Shown here in pieces: positions 54,573-63,453 of a stretch of DNA of 64,000 nucleotides. Position 1 is the stretch's first letter; the number at the start of each line of letters is the position of its first letter. Source of the stretch: Thermodesulfobacteriota bacterium (GTDB lineage: Bacteria; Desulfobacterota; Binatia; Bin18); NCBI GenBank assembly GCA_964291405.2, contig OZ219926.1:1664001-1728000 (forward strand), read 5' to 3'. A model generated the notes under the pieces. That model worked only from the letters and a program-made list of their open reading frames with translations, was not told where the DNA came from and made no database searches. The position numbers were made by a program, and so were the translations under genes.

Positions 54573-54695
54573 ACGATCCCCTCCTATCGTGATAAAGCCT
54601 GTCTCGGGATATATCCCAATCCACCATTCCATTGCAAAGCCCTGAGAGCCTGGATACCGTACCGCTGACAACGAACGGAAAGGAAGAGACTGACT

Positions 54696-56756
54696 GTGGC
54701 TCGCGGAGGTGGGGGGCAAAGACGATCATTTGCGCGCACGGCTGGCGTCAAACTGTCGCCCATTAAGGCGATGGAGCTGGCGGCCAGTCGGGTGCCGGAC
54801 GTGGTCTCTCTGGCCCAAGGCATCCCCAGCTTTGACACGCCCGAGCCGATCAAATCCTTTGTCCAACAAAAAATCGCCGAGGGCGAGTGTGCCACCTACT
54901 CGTTGACTCCGGGCTTACCCCAGCTGCGCGAATGCATTGCCGAGTCGCTGCTGCGAGAAGGCATGCACTACGACCCGGACCAGGAGATTATTGTTTCCAG
55001 CGGCTCGATTGAGGCCATTGCCGCGACGCTGCTGACCCTCACCCGCCCAGGAGATGAGATCATTCTGCCTTCTCCCAGCTATGCCTCCTACCAGGAGGTT
55101 GTCCGCATCGCCGGCTGTACCCCGCGCTTCGCCCCACTCCACGAGGAGCAGAATTTCGCCTTTGACGAAGAAGCGTTCGAGGCCTGTCTATCGCCGTACA
55201 CGAGAGCGATTTTATACTGCAACCCGAACAATCCAACCGGAACGGTCTTCTCAGAAGCGGAAACGCGCGCCCTGATTGCGCTGGCCGAACGGCATGATCT
55301 TTTTCTGATTATTGATGAAGCCTATAAGGATTTTGTCTACACGCCAGAAGCTTATTTCAGTCCGGCTCAGGTCGCTGATGTCCGGCAGCGTATTGTGCGG
55401 ATTTTCACCTTCTCCAAAGCCTATGGGATGACGGGCTGGCGGGTCGGCTACCTCCATTCCGACGCTCGGAATGTCCAAGAGATTCTCAAAGTGCACGACG
55501 CCCTGGTGACCTGCGCACCGGTTGTGTCGCAATATGCGGCCTTAGCCGCACTCGAATACGGACACGAACATATTACCTCCTTTCGGCAGGCATTTAAGCA
55601 GCGCCGAGATCTGACGCTCACGCATCTCGATCAACTCTCCCACGTGTTTGACTACCAGAAACCCGAAGGCGCCTACTTTGTCTTTCCCCGGATGAAAGAC
55701 GTGGTTGTCCACGCCCGCGATTCGTACGCCCTTGCCTACGATATTCTGGAAAAGGCAAAGGTTGCCGTTGTCCCCGGCATTGCCTTTGGGCCCAGCGGCG
55801 AGGCCCATATACGGCTGAACTTCGGGCGCAGGCCGGACGATATTACCACTGCCTTCGAGCGTCTCACCGCGTACTTCAGTCCGGCAGCCGCGCGTCGGGC
55901 GCAGCCTACTCAGCACCGTGCAAGCCGGCCAACGGTCTCGGCAGCGGAGCGTATCCCGTCCCCTCCCATCCCCCGTCTCTCGCGTAACCTCTTTTCCTAT
56001 CAGCGTCTGCGTGGCTTCGCTGTCCTGATATTGCGAGCGCTCGCCCGTCTGAGTCTGTGGCGGAGAAATCCCCGGGTGATTGCCATCGCCGGCAGTCACG
56101 GCAAGACCGTTATCAAGCGCATTGTGACCGAGCTCTTAACCCAGCGGTACCGGGTCCAGCCCAATCCCCGTTCCTACAATACCGATATTGGCCTGCCCCT
56201 TGCCATCCTCAACATTGAATTGGCTTCAGTCCGTCTGCGAGACCTCGCGCGCGGCTTCGTCCGGGCGGTCTGGACCGCGCTCTTCAATACCGAGGCGCCC
56301 GACATCCTCGTGCTCGAATTCGGCGTCCGTCATCGGGGCGATATGCAGCAGCTGGTCCGAACGGTGATCCCCGACATTACCATCCTGACAACCCTGACGC
56401 CGAGCTATAGTACCGATGTCGAAGAGTTGCACACGCTCCAGGATGAAATGCGGCAGCTGTGCCTCGCGGCCGGAGCCAACTGTCAGTTTGTGATTGATGG
56501 AGATGATCCCCTGCTCCAGGATGTCATCGTGTCCTTACCCACGCCGCCGCTGCTGCTGCAGCGTTCTGCGTGGAGAGCCGAGAAGAGCGGTCTTCAGCTC
56601 CAGAGCCCCGTCCGGTGTTATCCGGTAACACGGGAAATCATTGGTGAGAATGAGCGTTTTTCGGTCCAGGCGGCCGTAGCCGTGGCCGAGCGCTGGACCA
56701 ATCTGTCCCCCACCGAGATCCAGCGTTTCCTCAGTGAAAACATAACCGAGCACTAA
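54696..56756 (+). CDS. class I/II PLP aminotransferase fused to a MurF-like Mur-ligase ATP-binding domain
   Basis: N-terminal SLAQGIP, CNPNNPTG, IDEAY, TFSKAYGMTGWRVG, GAYFVF; C-terminal IAIAGSHGKT, SYNTDIGLPLAIL, LVLEFG. Confidence 0.85.
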   Translation: MARGGGGQRRSFARTAGVKLSPIKAMELAASRVPDVVSLAQGIPSFDTPEPIKSFVQQKIAEGECATYSLTPGLPQLRECIAESLLREGMHYDPDQEIIVSSGSIEAIAATLLTLTRPGDEIILPSPSYASYQEVVRIAGCTPRFAPLHEEQNFAFDEEAFEACLSPYTRAILYCNPNNPTGTVFSEAETRALIALAERHDLFLIIDEAYKDFVYTPEAYFSPAQVADVRQRIVRIFTFSKAYGMTGWRVGYLHSDARNVQEILKVHDALVTCAPVVSQYAALAALEYGHEHITSFRQAFKQRRDLTLTHLDQLSHVFDYQKPEGAYFVFPRMKDVVVHARDSYALAYDILEKAKVAVVPGIAFGPSGEAHIRLNFGRRPDDITTAFERLTAYFSPAAARRAQPTQHRASRPTVSAAERIPSPPIPRLSRNLFSYQRLRGFAVLILRALARLSLWRRNPRVIAIAGSHGKTVIKRIVTELLTQRYRVQPNPRSYNTDIGLPLAILNIELASVRLRDLARGFVRAVWTALFNTEAPDILVLEFGVRHRGDMQQLVRTVIPDITILTTLTPSYSTDVEELHTLQDEMRQLCLAAGANCQFVIDGDDPLLQDVIVSLPTPPLLLQRSAWRAEKSGLQLQSPVRCYPVTREIIGENERFSVQAAVAVAERWTNLSPTEIQRFLSENITEH

Positions 56757-56814
56757 AACCAGGCACGTTCCTACTTGCAATACAGGGCCGACTCGTATTA
56801 TGCTTTATCCTTGT

Positions 56815-56889
56815 ATGGACGACCCTCCATCTGATGATCCGTGGTCAGAGACTCAACTGCGGCTTCTCCTAGCCAGCCGGGAGGTGTAA
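56815..56889 (+). CDS. putative 24-aa leader peptide MDDPPSDDPWSETQLRLLLASREV
   Basis: ATG just downstream of a TTGCAA (56775)/TATGCT (56799) promoter-like pair; in frame with the downstream CNNM gene; overlaps that gene's SD. Confidence 0.55.
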   Translation: MDDPPSDDPWSETQLRLLLASREV

Positions 56890-56898
56890 AGCGCACGC

Positions 56899-58248
56899 AT
56901 GGAGAGTCCCTTCCTCGGTCTGCTCATCACACTCCTGCTGGTCTTGGTCAACGCCTTTTTTGTCGCGGCAGAGTTTGCAATCGTCAAGGTTCGCGCGTCC
57001 CAGATCGAACTTCTGGTTCAGACCGGTAGCCGAACGGCCAAGATGGGCCAGTATCTCATCTCCCACCTCGATGCCTCCCTGTCGACGATCCAACTTGGCA
57101 TTACCCTGACTTCTCTGGGGTTGGGCTGGATCGGGGAGCCGATTGTGGCCAAACTCATTATTGAATTTATGCACCTGGTTGGCCTGGAAGCCGACCCGGA
57201 TTTGGCGCGCAGTATCGCCCTGCCGGTTGCCTTTATCCTGCTCACCTTTCTTCTTATTGTCTTTGGCGAACTGGCCCCCAAAGCGCTCGCCATCCAGCAT
57301 TCCCAGTCAACAACGCTCGTCGTCGCCTTTCCGCTGCGGTTTTTTTACCTCATCTTTTCTCCGGCGATTGTGGCCCTCAACTGGACCTCCAACCAGGTGC
57401 TGCGGCTCTTTGGCATTCGGCCGGCGAGCGAAGCGGAGCACTATCACTCGGGCGAAGAGCTACGCTTCCTGCTTGAGCAAGGCCGCGAGGGCGGCACGAT
57501 CGAGGAAGAGGAGCACGAGCTGATTGAGAACGTCTTTGAGTTTGGAGAGACCACTGTGCGGGAGATCATGGTTCCCCGGACCAATATCGCCGCCATTGAG
57601 GTCACCTCCTCCCGCAGTGCCCTGGTCAACCTCCTGGTTGAAGGCGGCTATAGCCGCATACCGGTGTATGAAGATTCACTCGACAATATTATTGGGGTTG
57701 TGCATGCCAAAGATCTCATTACCCTCATGGAACATCGGGATCTGATCATTCTCCGCGACCTCCTCCGGCCCGCGTTCTTTGTTCCGGAGACGAAGCCGAT
57801 CGACGATCTGTTACGGGAGTTTCAACGCCGCAAGGTGCATATTGCCATGGTGGTGGATGAATTTGGCAGTACGGCCGGCCTCGTCACCATGGAAGACGTT
57901 CTTGAGGAGTTGGTCGGAGAAATTCAGGACGAGCACGACAGCGAGAACCACGATATCGAAAAGGTCTCCAATCAGACCTATATCGTCAACGCGGCCCTTT
58001 CCATTGCCGATGTCAACGATCACATTGACGAGTTCGAGCTTCCCGAGGGGAGTGACTACACCAGCGTGGGTGGCTTCATCAATAAATGGCTCGGGCGCAT
58101 CCCCGAGGTCAATGAGATGTTTGAGTACGACGCGCTGCGCATGACCGTCCTCAAAACCGACAACCATCATGTCACCCAAGTCAAAATAGAAAATTTGTCA
58201 GACCTCACGCCCACACCGACCACTTCCCTGATCAAAGAGGAAGCATGA
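56899..58248 (+). CDS. CNNM/CorB-type (DUF21-CBS-CorC, 'hemolysin family') Mg2+ transporter
   Basis: NAFFVAAEFAIV, QLGIT, VFGELAPK, IMVPR, YSRIPVY, VVDEFG...EDVLEELVGEIQDE. Confidence 0.95.
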   Translation: MESPFLGLLITLLLVLVNAFFVAAEFAIVKVRASQIELLVQTGSRTAKMGQYLISHLDASLSTIQLGITLTSLGLGWIGEPIVAKLIIEFMHLVGLEADPDLARSIALPVAFILLTFLLIVFGELAPKALAIQHSQSTTLVVAFPLRFFYLIFSPAIVALNWTSNQVLRLFGIRPASEAEHYHSGEELRFLLEQGREGGTIEEEEHELIENVFEFGETTVREIMVPRTNIAAIEVTSSRSALVNLLVEGGYSRIPVYEDSLDNIIGVVHAKDLITLMEHRDLIILRDLLRPAFFVPETKPIDDLLREFQRRKVHIAMVVDEFGSTAGLVTMEDVLEELVGEIQDEHDSENHDIEKVSNQTYIVNAALSIADVNDHIDEFELPEGSDYTSVGGFINKWLGRIPEVNEMFEYDALRMTVLKTDNHHVTQVKIENLSDLTPTPTTSLIKEEA

Positions 58249-58511
58249 CACCCACGGTGACCTTGTATTCTCGTCCGGGCTGCTGTTTGTGTGACGACAT
58301 GAAAGCGATTGTTGCCGAAGTCCAGGCCGACACGGCTCTCACCGTAACGGAAATCAATATCTCGACGCAGCCGGAACTCGAAGCCCGCTTCGGCCAGGAT
58401 ATTCCCGTACTGTTTATCAATGGCCGCAAGGCGTTCAAATATCGGCTCACCGCCCGAGCGCTGCGCCGGCGTCTGCACCGCTCCGGGGCGGAGGCGAGGG
58501 CGCTGCCATGA
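58245..58511 (+). CDS. glutaredoxin-like protein (DUF836)
   Basis: LYSRPGCCLCD, IPVLFING. Confidence 0.88.
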   Translation: MTPTVTLYSRPGCCLCDDMKAIVAEVQADTALTVTEINISTQPELEARFGQDIPVLFINGRKAFKYRLTARALRRRLHRSGAEARALP

Positions 58512-58846
58512 CGTCGGCCATCGTTGTCCTGGTCACGGTCGGCTCCGAGCAGGAAGCCGAGACCATTGCCACGGCCCTGCTTGAGGAACGCCTCGCCGCC
58601 TGTGTGAACATGACCAGCCCGGTACGGTCGCTCTATCGCTGGGAAGGGCGTATTGCGGACGACCAGGAATGGCAGCTGGTCATCAAAACCCAGGCGCGTC
58701 TCTTTGAAGCCCTGGCGGCGCGTGTCCGCGCCCTCCATTCGTACGACGTTCCCGAGATTATCGCGCTACCCGTTCTCGCCGGGACCACGGACTATGTCGA
58801 CTGGATTCAAAACGAGACCGAGAGCGAGCGTCAACGCGGGTCGTAA
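58508..58846 (+). CDS. cutA: divalent cation tolerance protein CutA
   Basis: LLEERLAACVN, SLYRWEG, HSYDVPEII. Confidence 0.95.
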   Translation: MTSAIVVLVTVGSEQEAETIATALLEERLAACVNMTSPVRSLYRWEGRIADDQEWQLVIKTQARLFEALAARVRALHSYDVPEIIALPVLAGTTDYVDWIQNETESERQRGS

Positions 58847-58853
58847 CGGACAG

Positions 58854-59696
58854 CTACCATTCGGCCCAGCGGTCGTCTTCTTCGACCACCACGCTTTGCA
58901 GGCCGGCCCGGGCCACGGAGCGGGCCTGGTGCTCGGCCTGGGCACGTGCGGCGAACGGTCCGAGACGGACTTGGTAGTACCGAAACCGTCTGCTTGACAA
59001 CGGACTGATATACACCGACGAGAAGTGTTGTGTTAACGCCTGCTTCAGATTCGACGCTTTGTCCGCATCGGTGTAAGAGCCGACCTGGACGGCGTACAAG
59101 ACGGTGAGCCTGGGAGTCGGAGCGGAGAGCACCTCGATTCGTACCAGCGCGGTCCCTGGGGCATACAGGCCAATACTTTTTGCCGCCGCCAGAGACAGGT
59201 CAATAATACGCCCTGCCACAAATGGCCCCCGGTCGTTGATGCGGACTTCAATCGCCTGCCCATTCTCAAGGTTTGTCACCATCACCTGGGTTCCCAGCGG
59301 CAGGCTCCGATGGGCAGCGGTCAGGGCGTTCTGGTCATAGATTTCGCCGTTTGCCGTTCGCTTCCCGTGGAACCCCGGCCCATACCATGAGGCGATACCG
59401 GTCTGCACAAAACGAGAGGGACGGACCACCGGCTGCGGTTCAAACGGCACCACGGTTCCCGGATCAGACGGCGGCAAGGCGGACGGACTCTTCGGATCGA
59501 TCAGTGGTTCAAGCGTGTCATGGGGAGGAGTAGTGACGGGAGATGCTGGAATAGTGGTCGATGGTTCAGACACAGACTGGAGGGGAACCGCTGGGGCGGC
59601 AGGGAAAAACCGAGCAGGCTGAACCGGCCGCGTTGCCGTACTGCACCCCGCCAGGATGCCCATCAGTATCCATCCCTGCCACCTCCACCCCTGCAT
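58854..59696 (-). CDS. rlpA: septal ring lytic transglycosylase RlpA (DPBB + SPOR) lipoprotein
   Basis: LAG-C lipobox, ASWYGPGFHGKRTANGE, TAAHRSLP, INDRGPF, IIDLS, SPOR domain VQVGSY. Confidence 0.96.
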   Translation of the reverse strand: MQGWRWQGWILMGILAGCSTATRPVQPARFFPAAPAVPLQSVSEPSTTIPASPVTTPPHDTLEPLIDPKSPSALPPSDPGTVVPFEPQPVVRPSRFVQTGIASWYGPGFHGKRTANGEIYDQNALTAAHRSLPLGTQVMVTNLENGQAIEVRINDRGPFVAGRIIDLSLAAAKSIGLYAPGTALVRIEVLSAPTPRLTVLYAVQVGSYTDADKASNLKQALTQHFSSVYISPLSSRRFRYYQVRLGPFAARAQAEHQARSVARAGLQSVVVEEDDRWAEW

Positions 59697-59805
59697 AGAC
59701 TACGATTATACACACAGGCGACTGGAGCAGACAACGAAGGGTGTCGTCTCACCCTACCCTCCGGTTGCTTGTCCTCGGGGTGTTTCCCGTGTATCATATG
59801 GAGCC

Positions 59806-60510
59806 ATGGCGGGCTTCAATACGCCTTTTCGCCAACTCAAAAAAACGCTCAAACCGTCCATCGCCGAGCGGGCTGCAACCACAGCGACTCTGCCCAGGGG
59901 TACGTCCAACCCGGTTGAAAAGACTGAGGAAAATCCTGTGGACCTCTTCCAGCGGGCTATGCAGGATGTCACCCGGCTCAAGGAGGACGCGCGGGTCAGC
60001 AGCCCTCCACCCACCCTCTCCCCCCGGTCTCCACAAGACAGCGAGAACGAGGCCATTGCCGAGTTATACGATCTGGTCGCCGGGCGGAGCGACTTCGATG
60101 TCACGGATACCGACGAGTATGTCGAGGGCTGTGTCGTTGGCCTGGATACGGGTTTGGTCCGTAAGCTGAGACAAGGAAAATTTGCGCGCCAAGCGGCCCT
60201 GGACCTGCACGGGATGAAGACGGACGAGGCCAAGCCCGAGTTGGAGCAGTTCCTCAACCGGACCACCCAGGCCGGCATCCGCTGCGTCCTTGTCATTCAT
60301 GGACGCGGCAAAAACTCTCCTGGGCAATTCCCGATTCTCAAGGACAAGATGAAACAGTGGCTCACCCGAGGCCGGCTGGCGAAAATGGTGCTGGCCTTTT
60401 CCACCGCCCGTATCCACGATGGGGGCCCCGGTGCCATGTATATTCTCCTGAGACGAAAACGCGGCCAGAAAAAGCCCGTCCTGATGTGGGAGGGAGCCAA
60501 GCGTGAGTGA
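59806..60510 (+). CDS. Smr domain protein (SmrA/SmrB-like)
   Basis: LDLHG, VIHGRGKNS, DGGPGAMYILL. Confidence 0.92.
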   Translation: MAGFNTPFRQLKKTLKPSIAERAATTATLPRGTSNPVEKTEENPVDLFQRAMQDVTRLKEDARVSSPPPTLSPRSPQDSENEAIAELYDLVAGRSDFDVTDTDEYVEGCVVGLDTGLVRKLRQGKFARQAALDLHGMKTDEAKPELEQFLNRTTQAGIRCVLVIHGRGKNSPGQFPILKDKMKQWLTRGRLAKMVLAFSTARIHDGGPGAMYILLRRKRGQKKPVLMWEGAKRE

Positions 60511-61777
60511 AAACCGGCCGGCGGGTCAAAACGGTCAGTCCGACTCTTCCGGCGCTGCTCGGGCGACGCCCCCCATCCAGATTGCGTATATTGGACCGGA
60601 CGGGCAAATTTTCGTGCGCCGCTTTCCGTCAGACACGATCCACCAGCTCACCTGGAGTTGGCAGGACCAGCAAGCACAGTATCCTCCACAGGGTCCTCAG
60701 GATCCGGAGCCGCAGCCTACTCCACCCTCCGTGACTTATTCCTGGCCAACCTGGTCGCCAGACAGTCAACAGCTCGCCTGCTTTGCCCGACAGGGTGAAG
60801 ACGGGCCGGCCAGCGTGTATACGGTTGCCGCCGATGGCGTGGAGTCCTGGGAGCGGGCCAACCTGGGGCAAGGCGCTCCGATTTATGGCAACTGGTCACC
60901 CCAGGCTGACATGTTTACCGTCCTGGTGCAGCGCAGCGACCGCCAGCTTGCGTTAGAAACGATTGGTATAACCCAGCCCGGCAAGACCCGCACCCTGCTC
61001 ACCGGCGCACCGCTTTTCTGGTCGTGGGCTCCGCAGGGGCAGCTTGTGGCGGCGCACGTGGGTGACAACGAAGCCGGGCGGGTTGTGCTGATTGAGGCTG
61101 CAACAGGAAGCATTGTACGGGAGGTCAGCACCAGTCCAGGGACGTTCCGCGTTCCGGTCTGGTCCCCGGACAGTGAGTTACTCACCTATGTGGAACGGGG
61201 GACCGACGGCAACCAGACCCTACGCCTGTTCGATATCCAGAGCGGCGAGAGCGCTCCTGTTTGTCGGGCCAGCGGCATGACCGCGGCGCTGTGGTCACCG
61301 GACGGGCAGGCGCTGGTCTTTAGCAGTACCCAACGCCAGAACTCACTGCTCTCTCCCGCGCTGCATCTGCTCGACCTGTCCACCGGCCAGACTACGACCC
61401 TGCTTGAAACGCCGGTCGCGGGATTCCTGTGGGCTCCACAGGGAACTCACTTGGTCTACCTGAGCGTAGACGTACAACACAGCCAACTCAGGTGGCATCG
61501 ATATGACCGAACAACCGGAGAAAGCCAGGAATTGATCCGGTTTCTACCCAGCAGAGAGCAAACGCTCCAGTTTTCATTTTTCGACCAATATGCGGCTTCT
61601 CATCCCTTACTCGCGCCGGACGGGGCGCTGCTGACATTTACCGGCCATCTTCCCGACGCGGCTGCGCAACCGGCCACGACCGCGCCCACGGTCTACACCC
61701 TGCCCCTCACGCCCCCCTTTACACCGCAGGCCATCGCCTCGGGTTCCTTTGCCTGCTGGAATCTGCGGGCAGGGTGA
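60503..61777 (+). CDS. TolB/PD40-like beta-propeller protein
   Basis: Repeated WSPD/WAPQG motifs. Confidence 0.85.
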   Translation: MSENRPAGQNGQSDSSGAARATPPIQIAYIGPDGQIFVRRFPSDTIHQLTWSWQDQQAQYPPQGPQDPEPQPTPPSVTYSWPTWSPDSQQLACFARQGEDGPASVYTVAADGVESWERANLGQGAPIYGNWSPQADMFTVLVQRSDRQLALETIGITQPGKTRTLLTGAPLFWSWAPQGQLVAAHVGDNEAGRVVLIEAATGSIVREVSTSPGTFRVPVWSPDSELLTYVERGTDGNQTLRLFDIQSGESAPVCRASGMTAALWSPDGQALVFSSTQRQNSLLSPALHLLDLSTGQTTTLLETPVAGFLWAPQGTHLVYLSVDVQHSQLRWHRYDRTTGESQELIRFLPSREQTLQFSFFDQYAASHPLLAPDGALLTFTGHLPDAAAQPATTAPTVYTLPLTPPFTPQAIASGSFACWNLRAG

Positions 61778-61913
61778 AGGTCCGCTCCTGTGGCCCTCTT
61801 GCAGAAAGCCGGGAGAGCAGATTAGTATCGGGGCACTTTCTGAAAGAGTAAAAATTCAGACCTACTCATCGGAGTTCCACCAACTCAATTGTTCAATTCT
61901 TCAGGCCAAAGTG

Positions 61914-62711
61914 ATGCCAGCAGACCCCTCCCGTGTTGACTTGCTGCTCCAGTATGCGTTGCTCGTTGCTGGAGAGCAGGATGAGTTCTTAGACCGCCGG
62001 CTCGGACCAATTCACCTGATTAAGTATGTGTATTTGGCCGACCTTTTCTATGCGAAACGAAACAACGGCGTTACCTTTACCGGAACAGAATGGCAATTTT
62101 ACAAATTCGGTCCGTGGTCCCAATCGGTTTACGAGCGTATTGAGCCCGCACTCAGCGCTATCGATGCGGAGAGACAGTCTTTTGAGAGCAATTATGAAGA
62201 GAAGGAGGATTGGGTTCGTTGGTCTCTGAGCGATGAAGGGCAATTAGAAGAGATAGGGAACCAACTACCATTTGCGATAACTTCGGGACTGAAAGCAGAT
62301 GTGCGGCAATTCGGGCAAGACACGCAGGGCCTGCTGCATTACGTTTATAGGACGGAACCCATGCTATCTGCCGCGCCCAATGAGCTTTTGGACTTTACAG
62401 TTGTCACCCAGAACATCTCAATGGATGAACCTGTTACAACACCGCTGAGAATGGATAGCTTATCGAACAAGAAAAAGAATCAATTCAAAGAGCGAATGCG
62501 GGAATTACGAGATCGGCATAAAAACAGAGAGCGCAGAGAGCACAAGCTGATTAACCCCGTCGCAGACGCCCGTTATGACGATGTTTATACCGAGGGCATG
62601 AACTGGCTCGATAGCCTCGCCGGCGAGCCATTACGGGAAGGTGAACATGTCGTCCAATTCTCGGACGAGGTGTGGAAATCCGCTACCAGGAAAGGCGAGG
62701 ATGTATCCTGA
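61914..62711 (+). CDS. Panacea/SocA (DUF4065)-like antitoxin-domain protein with a C-terminal extension
   Basis: HLIKYVYLADL...GVTFTGTEWQFYKFGPWS matches the KLxYxAD...G..TG..W/Y....GP pattern; more AT-rich than upstream genes. Confidence 0.7.
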   Translation: MPADPSRVDLLLQYALLVAGEQDEFLDRRLGPIHLIKYVYLADLFYAKRNNGVTFTGTEWQFYKFGPWSQSVYERIEPALSAIDAERQSFESNYEEKEDWVRWSLSDEGQLEEIGNQLPFAITSGLKADVRQFGQDTQGLLHYVYRTEPMLSAAPNELLDFTVVTQNISMDEPVTTPLRMDSLSNKKKNQFKERMRELRDRHKNRERREHKLINPVADARYDDVYTEGMNWLDSLAGEPLREGEHVVQFSDEVWKSATRKGEDVS

Positions 62712-62754
62712 GGACTGCGTACAGTCAATTATTCAGCCAGGCGATTGGTGGTGA
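62701..62754 (+). pseudogene. 5' stub (MYPEDCVQSIIQPGDWW*) of the gene coupled to the Panacea-like gene
   Basis: ATG overlaps the end of the upstream gene and follows GAGG; stops after 17 codons at the junction with the opposite-strand stub. Confidence 0.45.
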
Positions 62755-62764
62755 TGTCCAACAT
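62729..62764 (-). pseudogene. possible 5' stub of type I hsdM (MLDITTNRLAE*)
   Basis: ATG is 1 bp outside the left IR, where hsdM would follow hsdR. It resembles the MLDxxTKRRID starts I recall for methylases paired with this hsdR type (recall only). Confidence 0.35.
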
Positions 62765-62815
62765 AGTCTGAACTGTGATTTGTGGGATTGGTAGGATTAG
62801 CAGGATTTAGGGGAT

Positions 62816-63226
62816 TTATGGAGTGCGTTGATTCTTTTGGTTGAGCTTCTTGTTGGTGACTCGTTTGAATTCGAGGCTTCTGGCTCCAAAATTGATGAGC
62901 AAGCCGACTTCCAGATCATACGCCTCCAGGTAGTTGATGGCCTGGGCCAGATGAACGTCTTCCAGTTGGATAATAGCCTTCAATTCCACACAGACAACAT
63001 TACCCACCAGGAAATCCACCCGTCTCGTCCCGATGTGTTGGCCTTTGTAGTAAATCGGCATGACATGTTCGCGGCTGAAAGGAATGCCTTGGTCCGCCAG
63101 TTCGATTTCTAATGCCCGCTGATAAATCACCTCCTGAAAGCCATTCCCCAGAGCCGAATGCACCGTCATAGCACACCCGATGATCTGGCCGGTCAGCTCC
63201 GAATACTTATGCTCCTTTCTCATCAT
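62816..63226 (-). CDS. GxxExxY protein (PD-(D/E)XK nuclease superfamily)
   Basis: IIGCAMTVHSALGNGFQEVIYQRAL, RRVDFLV, VELKA, AQAINYL, GLLINFG. Confidence 0.93.
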   Translation of the reverse strand: MMRKEHKYSELTGQIIGCAMTVHSALGNGFQEVIYQRALEIELADQGIPFSREHVMPIYYKGQHIGTRRVDFLVGNVVCVELKAIIQLEDVHLAQAINYLEAYDLEVGLLINFGARSLEFKRVTNKKLNQKNQRTP

Positions 63227-63251
63227 CACAGCCCGTCTCTTTGCACGAAAA

Positions 63252-63449
63252 TCACGGCACCGGCAATCCATCTTCTTGGAGCGCGTCGATGTACCCCTCA
63301 ATCGCCTCTTCGATATTGGCAATCGCCTCCTGCTTCGTCGCCCCTTGGCTGATGCAACCGGACAGGCTTGGGCATTCGGCGACCCAATAGCCATCTTCGC
63401 CGGGGTAGATCACCACTTGTCTCGTAGTTTCTCTGATCCAATCAGTCAC
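63252..63449 (-). CDS. HicB-like antitoxin (short, possibly decayed; no hicA nearby)
   Basis: RQVVIYPGEDGYWVAECPSLSGCISQGATKQEAIANIEEAI. Confidence 0.8.
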   Translation of the reverse strand: MTDWIRETTRQVVIYPGEDGYWVAECPSLSGCISQGATKQEAIANIEEAIEGYIDALQEDGLPVP

Positions 63450-63453
63450 AGCC

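Noticed and set aside
61778-61913. tRNA or att site at the boundary of the AT-richer patch
   Set aside because: No cloverleaf or matching direct repeat is visible within the window.
63227-63394. N-terminal extension of the GxxExxY ORF in the track
   Set aside because: It overlaps the HicB-like gene in another frame; family similarity starts near ATG 63226/63223.
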